Assembly: GCA_958295945.1 (NCBI GenBank)
Contig: OY282386.1
Span: 3,381,126-3,445,125, forward strand
Origin: Candidatus Poribacteria bacterium
GTDB lineage: Bacteria; Poribacteria; WGA-4E; WGA-3G
Direction: 5' to 3'
DNA length: 64,000 nt
Shown: positions 58,001 to 64,000 of the stretch, one piece after another
Layout: every line of letters starts with the position of its first letter
Position numbering within the stretch: the first letter of the stretch is position 1
Made by a program: the position numbers and the translations under genes
The notes under the pieces: generated by a model
Databases searched by the model: none
The model's input: the letters and a program-made list of their open reading frames with translations, nothing else
What the model was told of the DNA's origin: nothing

Positions 58001-59332
58001 TTAGTTTTCTTTTGCTTCAGGAGTTGAAATTACATCCTGTTTAATTTTGATAAATGCGTTTTCCATCAGTGTATCGGTATATACTATCCATTCTTTCTCA
58101 AAGAGTTGTTGACGTAGAATCGCGATAATTTGCTGCTTTTCTTGTTGCGTCAATTCAGGTGTGACGCGTTCATCAACTTTGTAGATGTATAGTCCTATGT
58201 CGGTTTCAATCGGTTTACTATACTTTCCGACTTCAAGAGGTTCAACAACCTCACGTATTTTTGGATTTAACGCTGTTAGGATGTGCGTGCCGAGGTCGCC
58301 ACCTTTCTTTCGACTTTCCGTATCATCGGAATGTTCTTTAGCAAGGGCGATATAATCTTCCCCCGCTTCCAATTTTTTGAATATCTCGTCAGCCTTTTTA
58401 CTTGCAGCTTTTTTGACTTCATCGCTAATTTCATACTGAACGGTGAAATGTCTCAATGTTATTTTTTCCTCGGAGCGCGTTTCAACCATGAAAACATGGA
58501 TGCCATCATCCGCTTTGATTGGTCCGCTGATTTCCCCCGCTTTGAGTTTGGCAAGGACAGTCAGGAATATTTCTGGATAGGAAAGTATTTCAGCAGGTGT
58601 AGTTTCAATTAATGCCCCCGCTTTAGAACTCGGTTTCTGTTTTGCGGTGATACGTTGTGCAACAGATTGAAATTGCGATTTATCCGACTTTATCTCTACA
58701 AGTGCTTGATTGACAACATCAGCTGCTGCATTTTTTGCTTTATCACTCGGTTTGATAGCGATGTAGATATGCCGCAAACTTACACTATCTGCTTTAGTTG
58801 GAAGTTGATCCCTATTTTCTTCAAAAAATTTTTGAACGTCACTTTCACGAACTTGTAAACGTGACAGGATTCTCCCTACAACTAATTTCTCAGTCATAAG
58901 GTTTCTTTGGAGTTGCTCACGGAATGCTTCAAAATTTAGTCCATCACGGTTTAATATTTTTTTGAACTCTTCATCGGATGGTATCCGGTATTGCGTTTTA
59001 AACTTTTGTATCTGTTCCTCAATTTCAGCATCAGTGATCTGAATTTTCAGTGTTAATGCAGCCTCTAACAACAACTTTTGTCGTATGAGTCTATCAAGTA
59101 GTTCACCTCGTTCTTTTTCTGCTGTATTTAGTGCTTCACGTTCACTGTATCCTTCAATCTGTTGAAGTTCAAAGGCACGTTGATTAACAAGTAGATCAAG
59201 ACGACGTTTGGTTATGACATCATCGTTGACATAAGCGATAATTCTATCAAATATCCCTGCTGAACTTGGTGTTACGATACAACATATAGCGATCACAATT
59301 AACAGTACAGGAATGAATGTATTGGGTTTCAT
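58001..59332 (-). CDS. surA: SurA-type periplasmic chaperone/PPIase
   Basis: DRIIAYVNDDVIT SurA_N region and two parvulin domains (LRHI, LAKEHSDD, GGDLG). Confidence 0.85.
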   Translation of the reverse strand: MKPNTFIPVLLIVIAICCIVTPSSAGIFDRIIAYVNDDVITKRRLDLLVNQRAFELQQIEGYSEREALNTAEKERGELLDRLIRQKLLLEAALTLKIQITDAEIEEQIQKFKTQYRIPSDEEFKKILNRDGLNFEAFREQLQRNLMTEKLVVGRILSRLQVRESDVQKFFEENRDQLPTKADSVSLRHIYIAIKPSDKAKNAAADVVNQALVEIKSDKSQFQSVAQRITAKQKPSSKAGALIETTPAEILSYPEIFLTVLAKLKAGEISGPIKADDGIHVFMVETRSEEKITLRHFTVQYEISDEVKKAASKKADEIFKKLEAGEDYIALAKEHSDDTESRKKGGDLGTHILTALNPKIREVVEPLEVGKYSKPIETDIGLYIYKVDERVTPELTQQEKQQIIAILRQQLFEKEWIVYTDTLMENAFIKIKQDVISTPEAKEN

Positions 59333-59371
59333 AAGTGCACCTCAGTTGTTGGTATTGTGCGTAGGATGAAT

Positions 59372-59395
59372 GTAGGTGGAGCCATAGACTCCACC
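59372..59395. repeat. GTAG REP-like hairpin
   Basis: GTA-GGTGGAG-CCATAGA-CTCCACC in the intergenic gap. Confidence 0.5.
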
Positions 59396-59419
59396 ATACA
59401 AACGTTGTAAAGTGTGCCA

Positions 59420-60415
59420 CTATTTCTCAGGAGTGGTTTCTTCTGAAGGTGAAGTTTCTTCTGAAGGTGTTTCAGCTCCTTCTTCCTCAGGTTTCTTGTC
59501 TTCTGGTATGCGGTCAATGAAGGTTTTGACTTCAGCACGTTCTCGGAGTCGCGTAATCCAATCTTGCATCAGAGCCTCGCGCTTTTCACGTTCAGACCTT
59601 CTGATAACATCTTTACGGACATCCTCTTCATCAAAAGGTCGCTGAAATTCATCTCTTGCATCTTTCTTCACAAAAATCATGAAATATTTCTCACCTTGAA
59701 CTTCCACCTCAACCACTGAAGGATGCAGGACATCTATTTCAGCGTTGAAAGCAGCGTCCATAAACGGTTCAGTCCCGGTTGGATACGAGTTTCTGCCAAT
59801 GAAGTCGGTGTCGCCTGGTGAAGCAGGATTTGCTCCCGGTCCGACCAATTCGCCTCTATCAGACAGTTCTTGTGCAGCAACAGCAATATCTTTCCCCGCC
59901 TTAAGTTCAGCAAAGACTTCATCGGCGCGTTCTTTGTTCATCAATGTGATGCACATCAGTTTGACCTGTTCAGGACGCACATAATCTTCTTTATTTGCAT
60001 CGTAATAGGTTTGATAGTCCGCTTCACCTAAGATCAGCTTACTTTCTACCTCTTGTTCTGTAATCCTTTCAATCATCAGATCCTGAAGATAATCTTGCAC
60101 CTTCTTGAGAATTTCCTGATCCTCATTCAGATTCTTGTCTTTTGCAAGACATAGAATCATTCGGCTTTCCGCCATAAGAGTCATGTATTCTTCAAGACCT
60201 GCTTTGTCTTTGTATTGACGTTGTTTGTACTCTGGTAGTTCGCTGATTTCTTGCATCATCTCTTCAAGCGTGATCTTGTGTTTTCCATCCCATTCAAACT
60301 CAGCGATGACAGTGCCATCTGCACCGATTGCCTTGTCGCCACAACTGTAGACGAAGGGAAGCGTCGCAAGAATTGCAAAAAATAGTATAAAGCTAATATT
60401 TCTATATTTGGACAT
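59420..60415 (-). CDS. PpiC/parvulin-family foldase, probable lipoprotein
   Basis: FVYSC lipobox, YYDANK..Y..PE.V motif and a degenerate rotamase domain. Confidence 0.78.
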   Translation of the reverse strand: MSKYRNISFILFFAILATLPFVYSCGDKAIGADGTVIAEFEWDGKHKITLEEMMQEISELPEYKQRQYKDKAGLEEYMTLMAESRMILCLAKDKNLNEDQEILKKVQDYLQDLMIERITEQEVESKLILGEADYQTYYDANKEDYVRPEQVKLMCITLMNKERADEVFAELKAGKDIAVAAQELSDRGELVGPGANPASPGDTDFIGRNSYPTGTEPFMDAAFNAEIDVLHPSVVEVEVQGEKYFMIFVKKDARDEFQRPFDEEDVRKDVIRRSEREKREALMQDWITRLRERAEVKTFIDRIPEDKKPEEEGAETPSEETSPSEETTPEK

Positions 60416-60448
60416 TATTCTTCCTCCTTTACATTAAATTTAGTATAG

Positions 60449-61420
60449 TTACTTATCAGGTGTCTCTGATTCTTCTTCGGGTGTTTCAGGTTCAGGGGTA
60501 GGAATGTTCTCAGGATACAGTTTTAGTTTTCCTTGTTGTGAGATTTCTTCAACCCATTCAATGATACGCGCCCGCTTTGCTGCACGGTCAACTTTACGTT
60601 TTACATCAGACTGCACCTCTTCCAGTTCCTTTTGCCGTTCCGATTTGTGTTCCTCTTTACGGAAAATGAGATAATATGTCTCATCATCTACATCGGTTTC
60701 AAATACTGTATCTGTCATTTCTCCGATTTCCATCTCAAAGACAGCCTCAATGAATTCAGACCAGTTCGGAGAAGCAGATTGGCTGAATAAACCCGTGTTG
60801 CCCGGATTTTCTTCGCTTTTACCAGGGCCATTTGCAATCTTATCTTGTTCCGTGAGTTTCACAGCCATCTCAACTATATCTGCCCCAGCTAGAATCTCGT
60901 CTAATGTTGCATTCGCCAAGTCTTCATCATCAAGGGGAATACATATTGCACGCACCTTTGCGGCTTCAACATAGTTAGCCTTGTTTTCCTCATAGTATGC
61001 TTTCAAGTCTTCGTCGGTGTATGAAACCTTTGCATCAACTTCCACTTCCGTTAGTTTTTCAACCATGAGTTGATGTGTGTAGTCCTCCAACTTATCAAGA
61101 TGATCTTGGAGTTTATCGAAACCGTGTTCAGTTGCTTGAAGTAATTTGAGTTTTTTGTCAATGTAATCTTCTAAAAATTCTGCTTTTCCTTCCTTCTTGG
61201 AATAATTTCGCTGACGGTAGGATGGTAATTCTGCAATTGCTGCGTCAAGTTCTTCAAGAGAAATCTGTATGAGTTCTCCGTTCCACTTCATCTCTGCCAA
61301 TATTATTTGACTTTTGTCCACTTCTTCTTCGGAAACCCCGTGGTTGTCTGAACGGACAAGAGACCAAGTGAGAAGGCAGGTTGCTACAACTGCAGTAACA
61401 ACAAAAAATATTTTTTTCAC
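60449..61420 (-). CDS. PpiC/parvulin-family foldase
   Basis: Paralogue of 59420..60415, with YYEENK and AVFEMEIGEMT motifs. Confidence 0.78.
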   Translation of the reverse strand: MKKIFFVVTAVVATCLLTWSLVRSDNHGVSEEEVDKSQIILAEMKWNGELIQISLEELDAAIAELPSYRQRNYSKKEGKAEFLEDYIDKKLKLLQATEHGFDKLQDHLDKLEDYTHQLMVEKLTEVEVDAKVSYTDEDLKAYYEENKANYVEAAKVRAICIPLDDEDLANATLDEILAGADIVEMAVKLTEQDKIANGPGKSEENPGNTGLFSQSASPNWSEFIEAVFEMEIGEMTDTVFETDVDDETYYLIFRKEEHKSERQKELEEVQSDVKRKVDRAAKRARIIEWVEEISQQGKLKLYPENIPTPEPETPEEESETPDK

Positions 61421-61477
61421 TTTAATAATCTCCTTTCAATAAGATTGAGGCGATATTACCTCGTATGAACATATATT

Positions 61478-64000
61478 TTAGTCAGAAACAACAAACATAG
61501 TCAATATTTGTTGCAATTCGGTTAATAATTCTTTGCCAGTTATCTCATCAATACTAATCAAAAGTTGGGCAGGTGGACGTAATTCAAGCTGTGGGTTCTC
61601 ATGAATTGCTTCTACCAACTGAGTTACATCAATCTTCGGATTTCTTTCATCAAATGTCACTTTAATCCTATTCCCACCAGCAACAATTGCTGATATTCCT
61701 AACTTTTGTGATAGTTGTTTAATGGTTGTAATTTCCAATAACATCTCAACGGGTTCCGGTAGGTCCCCAAATCGGTCTTTGAGTTCTTTGGTCAGGTCAT
61801 CCTTCTGTGTTTCATTTTTCAGTGCAGATATTTTTTTATAGATAGAAATTTTCTGCCGGCTGTCTGGAATGTAGTCATCAGGTAGAAATGCTTCAATCGG
61901 CAAATTGATGTTGGTTTCAATTTCTTCCTCAACCTTTTCACCTTTTAACCTACGTACTGCATCATCAAGGAGTTTGCAATAGAGTTCATATCCAACATTT
62001 GTAATATGTCCATGTTGTTGTGAACCGAGTATATTTCCCGCGCCACGGATCTCCAAGTCTCTCAGAGCAATTTTAAATCCTGAACCGAGATCAGTAAATT
62101 CCTCAATGACTTGTAGTCGTTTCTGTGCACGTTCAGTAATGGATTTGTCTGGTGGATAAAACAGGTATCCATAAGCCTGTTCATCTGCACGTCCTACGCG
62201 ACCACGGAGTTGATATAGTTGTGCCAAACCAAAAGCATCTGCCCGATTGATCATGATGGTATTCACATTTGGGATGTCCAAGCCAGATTCAATAATCATG
62301 GTACAGACCAAGATGTCGTGTTTGTGTCTGACAAACTCCAACATCACGTTTTCCAGTTCACGTTCAGGCATCTGTCCGTGTGCAATAGCCACACGTGCAT
62401 GTGGTGCAAGTTCTTGTATATTCTTGGCGATAACAGCGATATCTTGAACTCGGTTGTGGACGAAGAACACTTGACCATCTCGTGACAACTCATTCATTAT
62501 AGCATCTCGTATAACTTTTGTGTTATACGGTAACACCTGTGTCTGAATGGGTAACCGATTAGCAGGTGGCGTGTTTATAATACTAAAGTCTCTAATACCA
62601 ACAAGCGACATGTGTAAGGTCCGTGGAATTGGGGTCGCTGTTAGTGTTAATACATCTACCGTCTCTTTAAATTGTTTGATTTTTTCTTTATGTTTCACAC
62701 CAAAACGATGTTCTTCATCAACAATTAGTAAACCGAGATTGTCAAAAGTAACGCTATCAGAAAGCAAGGAGTGCGTGCCTATTACAATGTCAACCTTCCC
62801 ATCTGCCAGTTTCTCTTTGACCGTTTGTATTTCTTTCCTGCTACGAAAACGATTCAGCATTTCAACTTGTATGGGAAACGGTTTGAAACGTTTTTCAAAA
62901 GTGTCGTAATGCTGTAGTGCCAAAATGGTTGTCGGGACAAGGAGTGCAACCTGTTTTTCTGCCATAACAGCTTTGAACGCAGCACGTAATGCCACCTCTG
63001 TCTTACCATATCCAACATCACCACAGACCAACCGATCCATAGGTTTATCAATCTCCATATCTGCCTTAACGTCTTCAATAGCTTGGAGTTGATCGTCAGT
63101 TTCTTGGAATGGAAAGAGTGCCTCAAATTCGCTTTCCCACGGGACTTCTGTCGGAAAACTATATCCTTCATTTGCTTGTCGCGCTGCATAGAGTTTAAGC
63201 AATTCCTCTGCCATCTCCTGAACAGCAGCTTTTGCACGTTGTTTTTTGTTTTGCCAAGATTTCCCACCGAGATAGTCTATCCGCGGTTCATAGGACTCAT
63301 CTTTGTTCCCAATATACTTCTGCACAAGATCTACCTGATAGGTTGGCACATACAGTCTATCTTCTTCCCTATACTTAAGGATCAGAAAATCCTGTGATTG
63401 TCCATCAATATCCATCCGGCGTATTCCTTCGTAAATCGCTATCCCGTGTGAAACATGGACAACATGATCGCCAACTTGCATATCAATTAGACTCAATAGC
63501 GGGGCACCGCTATTGTGTCGTTTGCGGGATACAGTTCGCCGTTGAGGATTTCCAAATATCTCATTTTCTGAGATGAAAACGAGTTTAAGTGAATCACTGA
63601 TGAAACCTTCAGAGATAAAGCCAACAGAAACAGATAATTTCTCAGATGGTAAATCTCGTTCAATCAACATCTCTAATACACGTTTGGCTTGTTGCGGAGT
63701 CTCACAGAAGACATTGACAAGATAGTCTTTATTTGCCCACCTATTGATGTAATCAATCACCATCTGATAGTTACCTCTACCGAGTCCAAGAGGTTTAAAG
63801 TCAAAATACGGTTCTAAGTCATTTCCCTCTTGATTGACATCAGCGGATACATTTTCAGTATATTCATCGGAGGCAGTAGTAGCTAAAGAGATCGGTATGT
63901 TTGAATATTGACCTAATTTATTTTCAATCGTCTCAGTCGGCACGAGTATATTATCAATAGTCGGCATCAGTTTTCCTTCTGCCACGCTCCTTTCGTATAT
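61478..64000 (-). CDS. mfd: Transcription-repair coupling factor (5' truncated by window edge)
   Basis: CarD/RID region (VVHVSHGI), GDVGYGKT, DEEH, TATPIPRT, QLRGRVGR and a TRCF domain. Frame is open to the window end. Confidence 0.95.
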   Translation of the reverse strand: MYERSVAEGKLMPTIDNILVPTETIENKLGQYSNIPISLATTASDEYTENVSADVNQEGNDLEPYFDFKPLGLGRGNYQMVIDYINRWANKDYLVNVFCETPQQAKRVLEMLIERDLPSEKLSVSVGFISEGFISDSLKLVFISENEIFGNPQRRTVSRKRHNSGAPLLSLIDMQVGDHVVHVSHGIAIYEGIRRMDIDGQSQDFLILKYREEDRLYVPTYQVDLVQKYIGNKDESYEPRIDYLGGKSWQNKKQRAKAAVQEMAEELLKLYAARQANEGYSFPTEVPWESEFEALFPFQETDDQLQAIEDVKADMEIDKPMDRLVCGDVGYGKTEVALRAAFKAVMAEKQVALLVPTTILALQHYDTFEKRFKPFPIQVEMLNRFRSRKEIQTVKEKLADGKVDIVIGTHSLLSDSVTFDNLGLLIVDEEHRFGVKHKEKIKQFKETVDVLTLTATPIPRTLHMSLVGIRDFSIINTPPANRLPIQTQVLPYNTKVIRDAIMNELSRDGQVFFVHNRVQDIAVIAKNIQELAPHARVAIAHGQMPERELENVMLEFVRHKHDILVCTMIIESGLDIPNVNTIMINRADAFGLAQLYQLRGRVGRADEQAYGYLFYPPDKSITERAQKRLQVIEEFTDLGSGFKIALRDLEIRGAGNILGSQQHGHITNVGYELYCKLLDDAVRRLKGEKVEEEIETNINLPIEAFLPDDYIPDSRQKISIYKKISALKNETQKDDLTKELKDRFGDLPEPVEMLLEITTIKQLSQKLGISAIVAGGNRIKVTFDERNPKIDVTQLVEAIHENPQLELRPPAQLLISIDEITGKELLTELQQILTMFVVSD

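Overview
Bacterial chromosomal window, roughly 40% GC, from a diderm (LptD, SurA, TonB-dependent receptor). The many sulfatases, sugar catabolism genes, vWA/TPR/HEAT proteins and dense MITE/REP content resemble Candidatus Poribacteria or a similar sponge symbiont; this is an inference only. Housekeeping and metabolic genes are xylA (partial), adk, aroK-aroB, lysA, glpK, three sulfatases, a galactonate dehydratase-like enzyme, a sigma54 two-component pair, and an mfd-PPIase-PPIase-surA-lptD operon. Accessory content: (1) an uncharacterised four-gene membrane complex (DUF6754-type); (2) a sigma54-preceded vWA/VIT/HEAT cluster; (3) at least five MITE families, most enclosing GTAG-type REP hairpins, including four 112-bp copies with TWA target duplications, a 1.25-kb IS256-like composite with a 9-bp TSD, and a 35-bp mini-element inserted at a fixed position inside a REP; (4) a type I R-M system split apart by TA and orphan cargo genes, with a tnpB-only IS200/IS605 element inserted precisely in relE after TTTAT; (5) an LptD with about 390 aa of parvulin PPIase domains inserted. 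No rRNA, tRNA or CRISPR array was seen. Family names are recalled from motifs, not from database searches.
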